From positions 4,581-68,580 of the forward strand of contig JAEWSQ010000018.1 of NCBI GenBank assembly GCA_023398165.1: a stretch of 64,000 nt of DNA, read 5' to 3'. The position numbers and the translations under genes are program-made. Source of the DNA: Spirochaetota bacterium. Its GTDB lineage: Bacteria > Spirochaetota > Spirochaetia > Treponematales > Treponemataceae. Shown one piece after another: positions 1-11,908 of the stretch; position 1 is the first letter of the stretch; each line of letters opens with the position of its first letter. Below the pieces are notes generated by a model, which searched no databases, was not told the DNA's origin, and was given only the letters and a program-made list of their open reading frames with translations.

Positions 1-3000
1 AAGGTTTTTCCATATTTATCCTGTACAACAACGACACGTTTACCCTTTGTAATACCTTTGAACTGAACCGTACCCGATATTTGAGCAAGTACAGCAGGAA
101 CTTTCGGTTTTCTTGCTTCGAAAAGCTCGGAAACACGGGGAAGACCTCCGGTAATATCTTTGGTTTTTGCAGATTCCTTAAGAATCTTTGCAATCGTCGT
201 ACCTGCTTTAATTGGAGCATTATCATCAACCTGAAGATAAGAACCTGCAGGAAGATAGTAGCTTCCCAGCTCGTTTCCGGCTTCATCGGTAATCAAAATT
301 CTCGGTTGTTTTGTATCGAGATGGAATTCGGTAATACGTCTTTCTGTATTTCCTGTTTCCTCATCGAGTTCTTCCGAAAGAGTCGAACCAAGGATTATAT
401 CTTCATAATGAACGTAACCGTCTACTTCGGCAATAATCGGTTCAGAGAACGGGTCGAACGTTGCAATGGTCTGGCCGGTCTGAACAATGTCGCCTGCAAC
501 GACGTCCATCTTTGAACCGTTTTTGATTTCTATTTTCTGCTCATTACTGATAAGATAAATAGTATTATTCCGGATAGTTACAAAAGCGATAACATCTGCT
601 TTTACAATCTTTCCCTTGTGTTCATACAGATCCGACTCTTTAGCAACTCGGTCGCCGTCTGAAACAAGAAGTTTATCAGCTGATGCAAGTTTGATCTCCT
701 TGATAATTCTGTTTACAAACATTGAACCTTTACGGGTAAACAGCCATCCTTCAGGAAGCTCTACGTGAGTACCGGTAATGCTCTTCACAATGACAGGATA
801 CTTAAGCACGATGCGGTTCTCTTCGCTTATCTTTGTTGCGGTACCTCCGACGTGGAAAGTACGCATGGTAAGCTGGGTTCCCGGCTGACCGATTGACTGT
901 GCGGCAATAATACCGACCGCCTCCCCTATTTCAATAACTTTGTTATGTGCAAGGTTTCTTCCGTAGCACTTGCAGCAGACACCGTGGCGCGATTCGCAGG
1001 TAAGAACGGTTCTGAGTTTTACGCTTTCGACACCGGAATTTTCAATTTCAACTGCCAGTTCATCGGTAATATACTGGTTGACATCGCAGATCAATTCACG
1101 GGTAATAGGATGTTTTACCTGCTCAAGAGTAAAACGCCCGACGATTCTATCTTTTAATGCCTCAATAACTTCATCACCGTCTTTAATTGCAGTGTATTCA
1201 ATACCGTTAATAGTACCGCAGTCTTCTTCATTGATTACAACATCCTGTGCAATATCAACAAGACGTCTCGTTAAGTAACCTGCGTCGGCGGTTTTAAGTG
1301 CGGTATCTGCAAGACCTTTACGTGCACCGTTCGTTGAAATAAAGAACTCGATAACGGAAAGACCTTCTTTGAAGTTCGCACGGATCGGGAGTTCAATAAT
1401 ATCGCCGTTAGGCTTAGCCATAAGACCGCGCATACCCGCAAGCTGACGAATCTGATTGCGGCTTCCGCGGGCGCCTGACGTGGCCATCATGTAAATTGTA
1501 TTAAAACCTTCCTTGTCTTTTTCAAGGTTTTTCATCATAACCGTAGTTAATTCTTCATTTGTCTTTGACCATACTTCAACAACGCGGTTATAACGCTCAT
1601 CCTGAGTAATAACACCTTTATGGTACTGCTGCATAATGGATTCGACTTCTTTATTTGCCTTATCCATCATGTCTCTTTTTTCATCCGGAACGATTATGTC
1701 GTCCATAGAAATTGTGGCGCCGAAGAAGGTTGCATATTTGTAGCCTACTGCCTTGATAGCATCAAGCATCTGAACAGTAAGCCACGGTCCTCTTTCTTTA
1801 TAAATTTTTTCAATGAGTTTTTTCAGTTCTTTATCGCCGAGAAGATCATTGACATAATCCACATCTGCAGGCATTTCCTCGTTAAAAATTAAACGGCCCG
1901 CAGTTGTTGATAGTATCTGTCCATTATAAGGAGCCTTCATTACAGGCACCTTTATTTCAGACTGATAATCGATGCTTCTTGCTTCAGCGGCAAGAATTAC
2001 TTCTTCAAATGAACTGAATCTTTTTCCTGTACCCTTTCCGCTCGGCTTAATTTTTGTCAAATAGTAGATGCCGAGAACCATATCCTGTGAAGGATACACA
2101 ATGGTTTTTCCGTTTGCAGGGTCAAGAAGGTTCCGCGCAGAAAGCATTAAGGTCCAGCATTCCATCTGGGCTGCCTGTGTCAAAGGAACGTGAACAGCCA
2201 TCTGATCGCCGTCGAAGTCCGCATTGAATGCGTGACATACGAGCGGATGAAGTTTAATTGCCTTTCCTTCTACAAGTACCGGTTCAAAAGCCTGAATACC
2301 GAGACGGTGAAGAGTCGGAGCGCGGTTAAGCATAACCGGGTGCTCGCGTACAACTTCATCAAGTATTGCAAATACTTCAGGAGATTCCTGCTCAACAAGC
2401 ATTTTTGCTTTCTTAATATTGTATACAACGTCTTTGTCGACGAGTTTCTTCATGATAAAGGGTTTGAACAGCTCCAAAGCCATCTTTGTCGGTAAACCGC
2501 ACTGCCAGAGCTTTAGTTCAGGTCCTACGACAATTACAGAACGTCCGGAATAATCAACGCGTTTACCGAGAAGGTTCTGGCGGAAACGTCCCTGTTTTCC
2601 CTTTAACATATCTGATATTGACTTGAGAGGTCTGTTTGAAGCGCCTTTTACAACACGCTTTCTCTTTGAGTTATCAAATAAGGCATCCACTGCTTCCTGA
2701 AGCATTCTCTTTTCGTTTCTGATAATGATATCGGGTGCATTGAGCTGCTGAAGTCTCTTGAGACGATTGTTTCTATTGATAACACGGCGGTAAAGGTCAT
2801 TGAGGTCTGATGTTGCAAAGCGTCCTCCGTCGAGCTGAACCATCGGGCGCAGTTCGGGCGGAATAACAGGAATAACATCGAGAATCATCCATGAACATTT
2901 ATTTGAAGAGGCACGGAAATTCTCTACAATCTCAATGCGTTTTAAAAGCCGTTTATCGCTCTTGGTGCCTTTCTCGATCATCTTCTGGCGCAGAGTGGCA

Positions 3001-3563
3001 GCAAGCTCATCGAGATTCAAGTTTTCCAGCAGAGTCTTGATTGCTTCCGCACCCATTCCTGCAGAGAAGGATCCGCCGTAGCGTTCCTGTGCTTCCATGT
3101 ATTCATCTTCAGTGAGAAGCTGCATCTTTTTGAGATCGGTATCTCCTGCATCTATTACGATATATTTTTCGTAGTATAATACAGAGCGCAGCGCTGCTAC
3201 CTGAAGATCAAGCAGAAGTCCCATGCGTGAAGGAACAGAGCGGTAGTACCAGATGTGGGAAACAGGAGCGGCGAGCTCGATGTGCCCCATTCTCTCGCGG
3301 CGGACTTTAAAGTGAGTTACTTCAACACCGCAGCGGTCGCAGATAATACCCTTATAGCGGATAGATTTAAACTTTCCGCAATAACATTCCCATTCTTTAG
3401 TGGTACCGAAAATTCTTTCGCAGAACAAACCGTCTTTCTCGGGACGGAGTGTGCGGTAATTTATTGTTTCAGGCTTCTTTACTTCGCCGTAAGACCATTG
3501 TCTGATGATCTCGGGTGAAGCGAGCTTAATCATCAAGCTGTCAAAATCTTGAATATCGCGCAT
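1..3563 (-). CDS. rpoC: DNA-directed RNA polymerase subunit beta' (N-terminal ~1187 codons; the 3' end lies beyond the left window edge)
   Basis: The minus-strand frame is open from the window edge to the ATG at 3561-3563. AGGAG lies 6 nt upstream and the rpoB stop 16 nt upstream. Translation begins [53 protein letters not shown] and contains the catalytic [12 protein letters not shown] motif near 2190-2225. It is missing from the ORF track only because its stop is outside the window. Confidence 0.97.
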   Translation of the reverse strand, partial: MRDIQDFDSLMIKLASPEIIRQWSYGEVKKPETINYRTLRPEKDGLFCERIFGTTKEWECYCGKFKSIRYKGIICDRCGVEVTHFKVRRERMGHIELAAPVSHIWYYRSVPSRMGLLLDLQVAALRSVLYYEKYIVIDAGDTDLKKMQLLTEDEYMEAQERYGGSFSAGMGAEAIKTLLENLNLDELAATLRQKMIEKGTKSDKRLLKRIEIVENFRASSNKCSWMILDVIPVIPPELRPMVQLDGGRFATSDLNDLYRRVINRNNRLKRLQQLNAPDIIIRNEKRMLQEAVDALFDNSKRKRVVKGASNRPLKSISDMLKGKQGRFRQNLLGKRVDYSGRSVIVVGPELKLWQCGLPTKMALELFKPFIMKKLVDKDVVYNIKKAKMLVEQESPEVFAILDEVVREHPVMLNRAPTLHRLGIQAFEPVLVEGKAIKLHPLVCHAFNADFDGDQMAVHVPLTQAAQMECWTLMLSARNLLDPANGKTIVYPSQDMVLGIYYLTKIKPSGKGTGKRFSSFEEVILAAEARSIDYQSEIKVPVMKAPYNGQILSTTAGRLIFNEEMPADVDYVNDLLGDKELKKLIEKIYKERGPWLTVQMLDAIKAVGYKYATFFGATISMDDIIVPDEKRDMMDKANKEVESIMQQYHKGVITQDERYNRVVEVWSKTNEELTTVMMKNLEKDKEGFNTIYMMATSGARGSRNQIRQLAGMRGLMAKPNGDIIELPIRANFKEGLSVIEFFISTNGARKGLADTALKTADAGYLTRRLVDIAQDVVINEEDCGTINGIEYTAIKDGDEVIEALKDRIVGRFTLEQVKHPITRELICDVNQYITDELAVEIENSGVESVKLRTVLTCESRHGVCCKCYGRNLAHNKVIEIGEAVGIIAAQSIGQPGTQLTMRTFHVGGTATKISEENRIVLKYPVIVKSITGTHVELPEGWLFTRKGSMFVNRIIKEIKLASADKLLVSDGDRVAKESDLYEHKGKIVKADVIAFVTIRNNTIYLISNEQKIEIKNGSKMDVVAGDIVQTGQTIATFDPFSEPIIAEVDGYVHYEDIILGSTLSEELDEETGNTERRITEFHLDTKQPRILITDEAGNELGSYYLPAGSYLQVDDNAPIKAGTTIAKILKESAKTKDITGGLPRVSELFEARKPKVPAVLAQISGTVQFKGITKGKRVVVVQDKYGKT

Positions 3564-3579
3564 CGTTTTCTCCTACTTC

Positions 3580-6500
3580 TTAGAAATTAGAGCCAGCTTT
3601 AGTGATCAGCTCTTCGTCACGTTCAGTCAGCGGAATCTGCTTGCCCTTTGCATCGTAGATTGTAAAATCCAATGCAAGTCCGCGTAATTCCTGTACAAGA
3701 ACGTTAAACGCCTCAGGAACACCGGCGGCTGTCGAGGGCTCACCCTTAACAATAGATTCGTAAATCTTTGAACGGCCTGTCATATCGTCAGACTTGATTG
3801 TAAGCAGCTCCTGCAGTGTGTTTGCAGCACCGTATGCTTCAAGCGCCCATACTTCCATTTCTCCAAGACGCTGTCCGCCGAACTGAGCTTTACCTCCGAG
3901 AGGCTGCTGGGTTACGAGTGAATACGGTCCTGTCGAACGCGCATGCATCTTGTCATCGACAAGGTGGTGCAGCTTCATGAAGTAAATGACGCCCACGAAT
4001 ACGGGGTTCTCAAACGCAAGACCGGTACGGCCGTCGCGCAGGACTGCCTTGGAATTAGCGTGAAAGCCTGCTTCCATAAGTTTTTTCTCAATCTGCTCAT
4101 TAGTCGGAGACTGGAAAACAGGAGACTCATACCATTGATCAAGGAATAGACCTGCCAACCCGAGTTCAGATTCCATGATCTGACCAATATTCATACGGGA
4201 CGGAACACCAAGAGGATTAAGACAGATATCGAGTGCGGTACCGTCTTCAAGATACGGCATATCTTCCACAGGAAGGATGCGGGCAACAATACCCTTGTTT
4301 CCGTGGCGTCCTGCCATTTTATCGCCCTCGCGGAGCTTACGTTTAGTAGCAATTAAAACTTTTACAACTTCATCAACACCGGGATTAAGATCATCGCCTT
4401 CGGTTCTCCGCAAGCGCTGAACATCGATAATCGTACCTTCAACTCCGTGAGGCACACGCAATGATGAATCGCGTACTTCTTTTGCTTTCTCACCGAAGAT
4501 CGAGTTAAGAAGTTTAAATTCAGGCGTTGTTTCCGTTTCACTCTTGGGAGTTACTTTACCGACGAGAATATCACCCGAGCGGACCTTTGCTCCTATGCGG
4601 ATAATACCTTCGGCATCGAGATTGTCGAGGGTTTTCTCGCTGGTGTTCGGAATATCGCGGGTTATCTTTTCAGGACCCAGCTTTGTTTCGCGGATTTCAG
4701 TGTTGAATTCCTTAATATGGATAGAAGTAAACATATCTTCTTTAACAACACGCTGTGATATAAGAATAGCATCCTCATAGTTGTAGCCGTTCCAAGGAAC
4801 GAAGCCGACAAGAATATTCCTTCCGAGTGCGAGTTCTGCATTGAATGTAGCAGGACCGTCTGCAAGAGCAGTACCCTTTTCAACACGCTGACCGCGCTCG
4901 ACAATAGGCCTCTGATGATAACAGGTATCCTGATTGGTTCTCTGATATTTCAATAAAGGATATACATCAAAATCTTCAGAATTTGACTGAAGATCCGGTC
5001 TTATCCTGATTTCTTCAGAAGTTACCCATACAACCTCTCCAGCTCTTTTTGCTTTGACAAGAACACCGGAATCGTACGCGCATTTTCCTTCCATACCGGT
5101 TCCAACACGGGGAGGTTCGGGGAAAAGAAGGGGAACAGCCTGTCTCTGCATGTTTGAACCCATGAGCGCACGGTTTGCGTCGTCGTGCTCAAGGAAAGGA
5201 ATAAGAGCCGCGGAAACAGAAATAATCTGCTTCGGGGAAACGTCCATATACTGAACATCCTTAGGACTTCTGGATGTATAGTCGCCATAGCGGCGGCAGG
5301 GAATCTGATCGACGAGGAAGTTGCCGTTTTTGTCCATCTGTTCTGAAACCTGACCGATAAAATACTTATCTTCATCCATTGCAGAAAGATAATCGCATTT
5401 ACCGGTAGCTTTCCCATTTTCAATTTTTCTATACGGAGCTTCAAGGAAACCGTAATCATTTACCCGGGTATATATAGCCAGTGACACTATAAGCCCGATA
5501 TTCGGACCTTCAGGAGTTTCAATGGGGCACATACGGCCATAGTGAGTGTAGTGAACATCGCGGACTTCGAATCCTGCCCGGTCTCTTGAAAGACCTCCCG
5601 GACCGAGAGCGTTAAGACGTCTCTTATGGGTAAGTTCTGCAAGAGGATTAACCTGATCCATGAACTGTGAAAGCTGGCTCGAACCGAAAAATTCTTTAAT
5701 CGATGCAACTATCGGTTTGATTGAAATAAGATCCTGAGGCTTCATTGTCTCAGTCTCTTTTAACCCCATTCTTTCTTTGCAGATTCTTTCCATTCTGCTG
5801 AATGCAGTCTTAAGCTGATTAGTCATAAGCTCGCCGACAGAACGCACACGGCGGTTTCCAAGATGGTCAATATCGTCAATGCTTGCATCACCGATATACA
5901 CCTTTATAAGGAACTTCATCGTTGCAATAATATCCTGTTTTACAAGTGTGTGTTCTTCAACAGGAACCGCATAATCAAATTTTTTATTCAGCTTGTAGCG
6001 TCCGACCCGTCCGAGATCGTATCTTCTCATTGAGAAAAACATTGTATTAAGATCTTTTTCAGCGGCGTCTACGGTTATAGGCTCTCCCGGCATAAGAACA
6101 GAATACACTGCAGAAAGAGCATCATCTTTTGAAGGTTCATCTGATGAAGCGCCTTCTTTTGTGAAGCGGATTTCTTCCCTTTCAAAGCAGTTGATAATCA
6201 TCTGAGAATCAAGAGAACTGTCTGCGTCAAACTTTATAACAGAAAGCTCTGTAATATTGTGAAGAAGAAGCTCATCAACATTATGGGGATGAAGTTTTTC
6301 ACCGGCTTTATAGAGTTTTTTCTCTTCGTTTGTATCCGGATCGTTAATAAAAACAGCATCAGCTAAAACCCTTCCGATTAAGCCGTCTTTTACTTCACGT
6401 TCATCGGACACTGAAATAGTTTCGACATCGTAAAAAGCCCTGATAATTTCCTCGCGTGTGCTGTAACCGAGAGCGCGAAGGAAGATAGTACCAAGAATCC

Positions 6501-7089
6501 TCTTTTTGCGGTCAATTTTTGCATAGATCAATTCTTTTTTCTGATCTATTTCAAACTCAAGCCAGCTTCCGCGGTACGGAATTATTCTGCTTGAGTAAAT
6601 TCCCTTCTCGTGACTGAAAATTACGCCCGGAGAACGGTGAATCTGAGAAACAACGACGCGTTCCGCACCATTAATAATAAAGGTTCCGCGGTCAGTCATG
6701 AGAGGAATATCTCCCATGTATATATCTTTTTGACGGATTTCTCCAGTCTGATTAAAAATCAAATTGATACGTGCTTTTAAAGGCACTGAATATGTTAAAC
6801 CTTTCTGCTTACATTCAAGTTCTGAAAATTTTATTCCAGTTTCATCGAGCTCATAATATTCATATTCAAGGAGCATATCGCCATTCGGGCTTTCAATAGG
6901 GAACGAAGAAGTGAAAACTTCCTGTAAACCCTGTTCAGCAAGCGGCTCATGGTTATCCAGTCTGTTCTTTTGTAAAAAAGCTTCATATGACGAGAGCTGT
7001 ATATCTATGAGATCAGGCAGCTCCATAAAATTCTGGATATTCTTTCCAACGTATTGACGATTGACCGTCCGGCTTCTTGCGAACATCAA
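3580..7089 (-). CDS. rpoB: DNA-directed RNA polymerase subunit beta
   Basis: 1169-aa ORF with RpoB signatures ([40 protein letters not shown]). It lies directly upstream of rpoC and downstream of rplL. Confidence 0.98.
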   Translation of the reverse strand: MMFARSRTVNRQYVGKNIQNFMELPDLIDIQLSSYEAFLQKNRLDNHEPLAEQGLQEVFTSSFPIESPNGDMLLEYEYYELDETGIKFSELECKQKGLTYSVPLKARINLIFNQTGEIRQKDIYMGDIPLMTDRGTFIINGAERVVVSQIHRSPGVIFSHEKGIYSSRIIPYRGSWLEFEIDQKKELIYAKIDRKKRILGTIFLRALGYSTREEIIRAFYDVETISVSDEREVKDGLIGRVLADAVFINDPDTNEEKKLYKAGEKLHPHNVDELLLHNITELSVIKFDADSSLDSQMIINCFEREEIRFTKEGASSDEPSKDDALSAVYSVLMPGEPITVDAAEKDLNTMFFSMRRYDLGRVGRYKLNKKFDYAVPVEEHTLVKQDIIATMKFLIKVYIGDASIDDIDHLGNRRVRSVGELMTNQLKTAFSRMERICKERMGLKETETMKPQDLISIKPIVASIKEFFGSSQLSQFMDQVNPLAELTHKRRLNALGPGGLSRDRAGFEVRDVHYTHYGRMCPIETPEGPNIGLIVSLAIYTRVNDYGFLEAPYRKIENGKATGKCDYLSAMDEDKYFIGQVSEQMDKNGNFLVDQIPCRRYGDYTSRSPKDVQYMDVSPKQIISVSAALIPFLEHDDANRALMGSNMQRQAVPLLFPEPPRVGTGMEGKCAYDSGVLVKAKRAGEVVWVTSEEIRIRPDLQSNSEDFDVYPLLKYQRTNQDTCYHQRPIVERGQRVEKGTALADGPATFNAELALGRNILVGFVPWNGYNYEDAILISQRVVKEDMFTSIHIKEFNTEIRETKLGPEKITRDIPNTSEKTLDNLDAEGIIRIGAKVRSGDILVGKVTPKSETETTPEFKLLNSIFGEKAKEVRDSSLRVPHGVEGTIIDVQRLRRTEGDDLNPGVDEVVKVLIATKRKLREGDKMAGRHGNKGIVARILPVEDMPYLEDGTALDICLNPLGVPSRMNIGQIMESELGLAGLFLDQWYESPVFQSPTNEQIEKKLMEAGFHANSKAVLRDGRTGLAFENPVFVGVIYFMKLHHLVDDKMHARSTGPYSLVTQQPLGGKAQFGGQRLGEMEVWALEAYGAANTLQELLTIKSDDMTGRSKIYESIVKGEPSTAAGVPEAFNVLVQELRGLALDFTIYDAKGKQIPLTERDEELITKAGSNF

Positions 7090-7154
7090 ATCCCCCTTAA
7101 CTCTATTTCCAGTAACAAATATTTGTATACTTATCTTTCGTATAGACAGATATA

Positions 7155-7182
7155 GCTGCCCTAAAATTCCTTTAAGGGCAGC
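7155..7182 (-). promoter_or_regulatory. Stem-loop in the rplL-rpoB spacer (possible attenuator or processing site)
   Basis: GCTGCCCT (7155-7162) pairs with AGGGCAGC (7175-7182), and 3 more A-T pairs are possible. On the transcribed minus strand it is not followed by a U-tract, so it is not a classical terminator. The position matches the known partial terminator/RNase III site between rplL and rpoB in other bacteria. Confidence 0.35.
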
Positions 7183-7272
7183 ATTTTATATCAACCAATT
7201 TTGAGTAAACTCAATTGTCCCAACGGAATGCAGGGAAACATCCCCGCATCTTTTCCGTTAACAAGAATTACA

Positions 7273-7656
7273 TTATGCAATCTTGCAAACACCGCCGGCT
7301 GCTTCAACAGCTTCTTTAATTTTCTTAGCATCGTCTTTAGATACGCCTTCTTTGAGAGTCTTAGGAGCACCCTCAACGAGGTCTTTTGCTTCTTTAAGAC
7401 CGAGCTGTGTAACTTCGCGAACTGCTTTAATAACTGCAATTTTCTTTGTAGCGTCTGCACTTTCGAGAGTAACAGTAAATTCTGTCTGCTCTTCAGCTGC
7501 TTCAGCCGCACCGGGGCCTGCTGCACCCGCAACCATTACGGGAGCTGCTGCTGTTACACCGAATTTTGTTTCCATAGCTTTTACGAGCTCGGAAGCCTCA
7601 AGTACTGTCATTGAAGCAATAGCTTCAAGAATCTGATCTGTTGTTAGAGCTGCCAT
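7273..7656 (-). CDS. rplL: 50S ribosomal protein L7/L12
   Basis: 127 aa. Starts [34 protein letters not shown], has an Ala-rich hinge and a C-terminal [37 protein letters not shown] present. Confidence 0.97.
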   Translation of the reverse strand: MAALTTDQILEAIASMTVLEASELVKAMETKFGVTAAAPVMVAGAAGPGAAEAAEEQTEFTVTLESADATKKIAVIKAVREVTQLGLKEAKDLVEGAPKTLKEGVSKDDAKKIKEAVEAAGGVCKIA

Positions 7657-7756
7657 ATTATCTTCTCCTTATAAGGCATTTTTATTTTTCCCGGACAGGA
7701 CGACAGCGATGAAGCCTGACTCAGGGTATCTAGAAGCGGATTCTGCACAAGCAGAA

Positions 7757-8272
7757 TTATTTTCCGCCTTCTGACTGTTTTTTGTCGACATATGCCTGCA
7801 ATGTTGCTGCAAGTTTCTGAACAGGAGCATTGATTGTAGACATAATCATAGCGATAAGCTGTTTCTTTCCAGGGAGCTTCGAGAAAGCCTCGATTTTTTT
7901 TGCATCGTAAACTTCTTTCTCTACATACGCACCCTTAACCTGAAGAGCAGGAACATTCTTTGCAAACTCGAAAAGAATCTTTGCCACTTCATTTGTATCT
8001 TCTTTACCGAGAGCAATTGCTGTCGGACCTTTAAGATAATCAGAAACGTTATCAATTTTCATTTCTTCAAGAGCAATACGGGCAAAATTATTTTTAACAA
8101 CTTTGTATTCCGCATTTTTTGCCCTAAGCTGATCACGAAGCTCAGTTATCTGCTCTACAGTTAAGCCGCGGTAGTCAGTAAAAATGTAATCTGAAAATCC
8201 TTCAAATGTCGTTTTTGCTGATGCAATGGCTTCAACTTTAGCACTCTGGAGTTTTTTTGCTTTCATTGCCAT
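7757..8272 (-). CDS. rplJ: 50S ribosomal protein L10
   Basis: 171-aa ORF between rplA and rplL with an L10-like sequence (DYRGLTVEQITELRDQLR). AAGGAG RBS lies inside the end of rplA. Confidence 0.93.
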   Translation of the reverse strand: MAMKAKKLQSAKVEAIASAKTTFEGFSDYIFTDYRGLTVEQITELRDQLRAKNAEYKVVKNNFARIALEEMKIDNVSDYLKGPTAIALGKEDTNEVAKILFEFAKNVPALQVKGAYVEKEVYDAKKIEAFSKLPGKKQLIAMIMSTINAPVQKLAATLQAYVDKKQSEGGK

Positions 8273-8274
8273 AG

Positions 8275-8955
8275 TTATTCTCCTTCCGAGTAGTTAACCC
8301 AAACGCCGGGACCCATTGTTGAACTGATGGAAACAGACTGAACATAATCAGCTTTAGCATCAGCAGGCTTCTTACGGGCAATTTCCGCCATCAAAGCCTG
8401 GGCATTTTCAGCGATTTTTGCGGCATCCATTGATACTTTACCAACAGAGATATGCACAACGCCTGATTTATCCGCCCGGTACTCAACGCGTCCTTTCTTC
8501 AACTCGTTGATTGCCGCAGCAATATCATTTGTTACCGTACCGGTTTTCGGATTAGGCATAAGGCCCTTTCTTCCGAGAACCATACCGAGACGCCCAACAT
8601 CTTTCATCATATCGGGGGTAGCTACTGCGATATCGAAATCAAGCCATCCGCCCTTTACTTTTTCCACATATTCATCCGCACCGGCAAATGCCGCACCGGC
8701 ATCCAGCGCTTCCTTAATTCTGTCTTCTTTGCAGAATACAAGAACTTTCTTTTCGCCTTTGAACTGATGAGGGAACACAAGCGTGTCGCGGACTGTCTGA
8801 CTCTTGCCGAGCTTCAAATTAACATGCAGTTCAACAGTTTCGTCAAACTTTGCATATTTTAATTCTTTTACAAGCTCGCAGGCCTTCTGAACATTGTAAG
8901 TTTTTGTGGAATCATACTTTTTAAGTGATTCGCGATATTTTTTTCCGTGTTTCAT
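8275..8955 (-). CDS. rplA: 50S ribosomal protein L1
   Basis: 226 aa. Starts MKHGKKYRE and contains the MPNPKTGTVT motif. Begins 1 nt after the rplK stop. Confidence 0.96.
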   Translation of the reverse strand: MKHGKKYRESLKKYDSTKTYNVQKACELVKELKYAKFDETVELHVNLKLGKSQTVRDTLVFPHQFKGEKKVLVFCKEDRIKEALDAGAAFAGADEYVEKVKGGWLDFDIAVATPDMMKDVGRLGMVLGRKGLMPNPKTGTVTNDIAAAINELKKGRVEYRADKSGVVHISVGKVSMDAAKIAENAQALMAEIARKKPADAKADYVQSVSISSTMGPGVWVNYSEGE

Positions 8956-8956
8956 A

Positions 8957-9388
8957 CTACCGCTCCACCTCTACACCCATACTGCGTGCAGTACCGGCGA
9001 TGATTTTTTTTGCCGCTTCAATGTCATTTGCATTAATGTCGGGCATTTTGGTTTTTGCAATTTCTTCAAGACTCGCTTTCGTAAGTTTTCCAACTTTATT
9101 CTTAAGCGGATTTCCTGAACCCTTTGCAATTCCAGCAGCCTTTTTAATAAGAACTGCAGCAGGAGGGGTCTTCAGAATAAACGTGAATGTTTTATCCTGA
9201 TAGACAGTAATAACAACCGGAATTACTAAACCAGCTTCCATGGTTTTAGTACGGTCATTGAACTGCTGAACAAACTGCGGAGCGCTAACACCGTGAGGAC
9301 CGAGAGCCGGGCCGACGGGAGGAGCAGGAGTTGCTTTTCCTGCAGGGCACTGCAGCTTAATAACAGCCGTTACCTTTTTCTTTGCCAT
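8957..9388 (-). CDS. rplK: 50S ribosomal protein L11
   Basis: 143 aa with the classical N-terminus [34 protein letters not shown]. Confidence 0.97.
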   Translation of the reverse strand: MAKKKVTAVIKLQCPAGKATPAPPVGPALGPHGVSAPQFVQQFNDRTKTMEAGLVIPVVITVYQDKTFTFILKTPPAAVLIKKAAGIAKGSGNPLKNKVGKLTKASLEEIAKTKMPDINANDIEAAKKIIAGTARSMGVEVER

Positions 9389-9544
9389 ATATTTCTCCTT
9401 ATATTGGTATGCAGAAGCCGATAATCAAACTTCCGCTAGCGAGACATTCTCAGTTCGACGAACAGATGCCTCTCCCAAAACAAGAAAAAACAAAACCCGT
9501 ACCAACCCATTAGAATCAGCAGGAGCTTTGTTACTTCTTAACAA

Positions 9545-10102
9545 CTAAACCTTTTCAACCTGTAAAAGATCAACTTCAACCGGTGTTGCACGGCCGAAAA
9601 TTCCAACCATAACACGCAGTTTATTTTTTTCCAAATTAACTTCTTCTATAGTGCCGGTAAATGATGCAAACGGACCGTCAATAACCTTAACCTGCTCTCC
9701 CACAGAAAAATTCTGCTTCAAACGGGGAGCTTTTTCACCTTTAATCTCTCCGGCTTTTTGAAGCAGAGCTTTTGCCTCTTCAGCAGAGATCGGGCGCGGT
9801 CTTTCATTACTGTTAGTACCGACAAAACCGGTTACACCCTGAATACGGCGGATAACAGAACAAGTGTTTTTCCAGCCCAAATCGGGAAGATCCAGCTCAA
9901 TCATAATATAACCGGGAAGGAATTTTTTCGTAATAAACTTTTTCTTACCGTCTTTTACCTCAACAACATCTTCCACAGGAACCTTTACATCAAGCACAAC
10001 ATCTGATGAAAGCTCATTGTTTTCGATAAGAGAACGTATTGTTTTTTCGATTTTTCCTTCATACCCGGAATATGTATGAAGTATATACCAGCCTTTTGCC
10101 AT
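9545..10102 (-). CDS. nusG: Transcription termination/antitermination factor NusG
   Basis: 185 aa. NGN-domain start WYILHTYSGYEGKI and a C-terminal KOW motif (GEQVKVIDGPFASFTGTIEEV). Canonical secE-nusG-rplK order. Confidence 0.95.
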   Translation of the reverse strand: MAKGWYILHTYSGYEGKIEKTIRSLIENNELSSDVVLDVKVPVEDVVEVKDGKKKFITKKFLPGYIMIELDLPDLGWKNTCSVIRRIQGVTGFVGTNSNERPRPISAEEAKALLQKAGEIKGEKAPRLKQNFSVGEQVKVIDGPFASFTGTIEEVNLEKNKLRVMVGIFGRATPVEVDLLQVEKV

Positions 10103-10110
10103 TCGGATGC

Positions 10111-10290
10111 CTAGAAAATGAAATTCATGCCGGTTACAAACAGTAAATCCAGCAATCCAAGCACTACAGCGACAACAAGAGTAGAAATTAATACTACTTT
10201 AACCGAAGATACTACATCATCTCTGCCCGGCCATACTACTTTCTTAAGCTCAGCAACAGACTCTTTAAAAAACTGGACGATTTTTCCCAT
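10111..10290 (-). CDS. secE: Preprotein translocase subunit SecE (59 aa, below the ORF-track cutoff)
   Basis: My translation is MGKIVQFFKESVAELKKVVWPGRDDVVSSVKVVLISTLVVAVVLGLLDLLFVTGMNFIF. It has one TM helix and the conserved KKVxWP segment. GGGAG RBS is present, and the stop is 8 nt before the nusG start. Confidence 0.88.
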   Translation of the reverse strand: MGKIVQFFKESVAELKKVVWPGRDDVVSSVKVVLISTLVVAVVLGLLDLLFVTGMNFIF

Positions 10291-10313
10291 CTCAGTCTCC
10301 CATATTTAAGATA

Positions 10314-10386
10314 CAGGCCAGGAAGGACTCGAACCCTCAACATTCGGTTTTGGAGACCGACGCTCTACCATTAGAGCTACTGACCT
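10314..10386 (-). tRNA. tRNA-Trp (anticodon CCA)
   Basis: The reverse complement folds as a 73-nt cloverleaf: AGGTCAG TA GCTC TAATGGTA GAGC G TCGGT CTCCAAA ACCGA ATGTT GAGGG TTCGAGT CCTTC CTGGCCT G. No encoded CCA. Confidence 0.93.
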
Positions 10387-10465
10387 ATGAACGAAGCTAA
10401 CCTTCGTCACAAACGACGCTTATAACAGCATCATATATATACAAGCCCGAAGGCTGATATAACCC

Positions 10466-10639
10466 TTATTTCGCTTTTGTTTCTTTATGTAATGTATGCT
10501 TGCGGTCAAAAGGACAGTATTTATTCAATTCAAGTTTTCCCTGAATATTTTTCCTGTTCTTAAAGGTAGTATAATTTTTTCTCTTGCATTCACTGCACTG
10601 AAGAGCAATGATTTCTACCGCTGTTTTTTTTGAAGCCAT
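10466..10639 (-). CDS. rpmG: 50S ribosomal protein L33 (57 aa, below the ORF-track cutoff)
   Basis: My translation is [57 protein letters not shown]. It has the CxxC...C zinc-ribbon pattern of L33. AAGGAG lies 7 nt upstream. Canonical position upstream of secE. Confidence 0.9.
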   Translation of the reverse strand: MASKKTAVEIIALQCSECKRKNYTTFKNRKNIQGKLELNKYCPFDRKHTLHKETKAK

Positions 10640-10699
10640 ATATTTACTCCTTACTAGTATATCTTACCATATCACCCGTCTACCAGGCACAGCCAAAAG

Positions 10700-10772
10700 A
10701 GCCTCCGAGCGGGATCGAACCGCTGACCTCAACCTTACCATGGTTGCGCTCTACCGACTGAGCTACAGAGGC
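10700..10772 (-). tRNA. tRNA-Thr (anticodon GGT)
   Basis: The reverse complement folds as a 73-nt cloverleaf: GCCTCTG TA GCTC AGTCGGTA GAGC G CAACC ATGGTAA GGTTG AGGTC AGCGG TTCGATC CCGCT CGGAGGC T. Confidence 0.93.
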
Positions 10773-10861
10773 ATAGATACAACGCACCTGAACGTGCCTA
10801 AAATGAGATGTTTAACCACTATATTGATATTCTGTATTCTTGTCAATACAGGAACTGACGT

Positions 10862-10891
10862 TTGACAGAAATTAGTTAAAAAGTATATAGT
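10862..10891 (+). promoter_or_regulatory. Sigma70-like promoter for cysE
   Basis: TTGACA (10862-10867), then a 16-18 nt spacer, then TATATA/TATAGT (10884-10891). The -10 element ends 12 nt before the first ATG. Confidence 0.45.
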
Positions 10892-10915
10892 AGTTTACGT
10901 CTTATGGAGGCAGCA

Positions 10916-11797
10916 ATGAAAACAACGGATGACTTAATTGCAGACATTGTAAGCTCGTATGATGAATACGGCGGCATAAATCTTGAGGGAACAAACAACT
11001 TCCCAAACCGCGAAACAGTCGTGGAAGTTTTAAAAGACATCCAGACCATCATTTTTCCCGGTTTTCATAGAGCGGAAACCCTTGATAAAGCCTGTCTGCG
11101 TTATGTGGTAGGAGAACGCATCAACCGCATCGTAACACTGCTGACCCGCGAAACACAAAAAGCCCTTCTCTACGTCTGCACAAACAGCTGTGTTAACAGC
11201 AGTACATGCCTCATGCTTGCAGAACGCACCGCTCTGTCTTTAATAGAAGAAATTCCGGAAATCAGGCGGAAGATAAACCTTGATGCAAAAGCCGCACTCG
11301 AAGGAGACCCCGCAGCCCGAAGCGTGGAAGAAATAATCCTTTCATACCCGGGACTTGAAGCAATATTGGTGCATAGAATTGCTCATTTTCTTCATGTTAA
11401 CGGCGTCCCTATAATTCCGCGCATTATGAGCGAGTATGTGCACGGCATCACCGGTATAGATATACACCCTGGAGCTCAGATCGGAGAATCATTCTTTATT
11501 GACCACGGGACAGGCCTCGTTGTCGGAGAAACCTGCGTAATCGGGAATCACGTAAAAGTGTATCAGGGAGTTACGCTTGGGGCACTGAGCGTTAAAAAAG
11601 AGATGGCCGATAAAAAACGGCATCCGACAATCGAAGACAATGTCACGATTTATCCCGGAGCAACCATTCTGGGCGGCTCGACAGTGATAGGCAGCAGAAG
11701 TACAATCGGGGGAAATGTCTGGGTCATAAAGTCAGTCCCGCCGGGAAGCACGGTGAAGTATCAGCAGGTGGACGGCCCCGAACTGCCGAGGGAATAA
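10916..11797 (+). CDS. cysE: Serine O-acetyltransferase (long form)
   Basis: Left-handed beta-helix hexapeptide region [41 protein letters not shown] with a typical SAT N-terminal helical domain. The ATG at 10916 has GGAGG 5 nt upstream. The track start at 10904 has no RBS. Confidence 0.88.
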   Translation: MKTTDDLIADIVSSYDEYGGINLEGTNNFPNRETVVEVLKDIQTIIFPGFHRAETLDKACLRYVVGERINRIVTLLTRETQKALLYVCTNSCVNSSTCLMLAERTALSLIEEIPEIRRKINLDAKAALEGDPAARSVEEIILSYPGLEAILVHRIAHFLHVNGVPIIPRIMSEYVHGITGIDIHPGAQIGESFFIDHGTGLVVGETCVIGNHVKVYQGVTLGALSVKKEMADKKRHPTIEDNVTIYPGATILGGSTVIGSRSTIGGNVWVIKSVPPGSTVKYQQVDGPELPRE

Positions 11798-11810
11798 ACA
11801 ACAATAGAAT

Positions 11811-11845
11811 ATCCGTATGCGGTAAAACGTGTACGGATTTTTTTT
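11811..11845 (+). terminator. Rho-independent terminator after cysE
   Basis: ATCCGTA (11811-11817) pairs with TACGGAT (11832-11838) and is followed by T8. Confidence 0.7.
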
Positions 11846-11873
11846 ACTAAAAAGGAATTTTAAAAAATAAAAA

Positions 11874-11908
11874 GGGCTTTCAGGTAATCAACGATTACTA
11901 GAAAGCCC
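11874..11908 (-). terminator. Rho-independent terminator for the minus-strand outer-membrane protein gene
   Basis: GGGCTTTC/GAAAGCCC outer stem plus GTAATC/GATTAC inner stem. On the minus strand it is followed by TTTTTATTTTTT. Confidence 0.6.

Noticed and set aside
5022-5459. A 145-aa minus-strand ORF and other 60-80-aa ORFs inside rpoB (3943-5708).
   Set aside because: They are out of frame with or antisense to rpoB, whose translation is unambiguous. They have no independent start signals.
7201-7636. Two long plus-strand ORFs (137 aa and 117 aa) antisense to rplL.
   Set aside because: They completely overlap the highly conserved rplL on the opposite strand. Their products are low-complexity (Ser/Ala/Cys-rich) and there is no RBS. 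This is a typical shadow ORF of a codon-biased gene.
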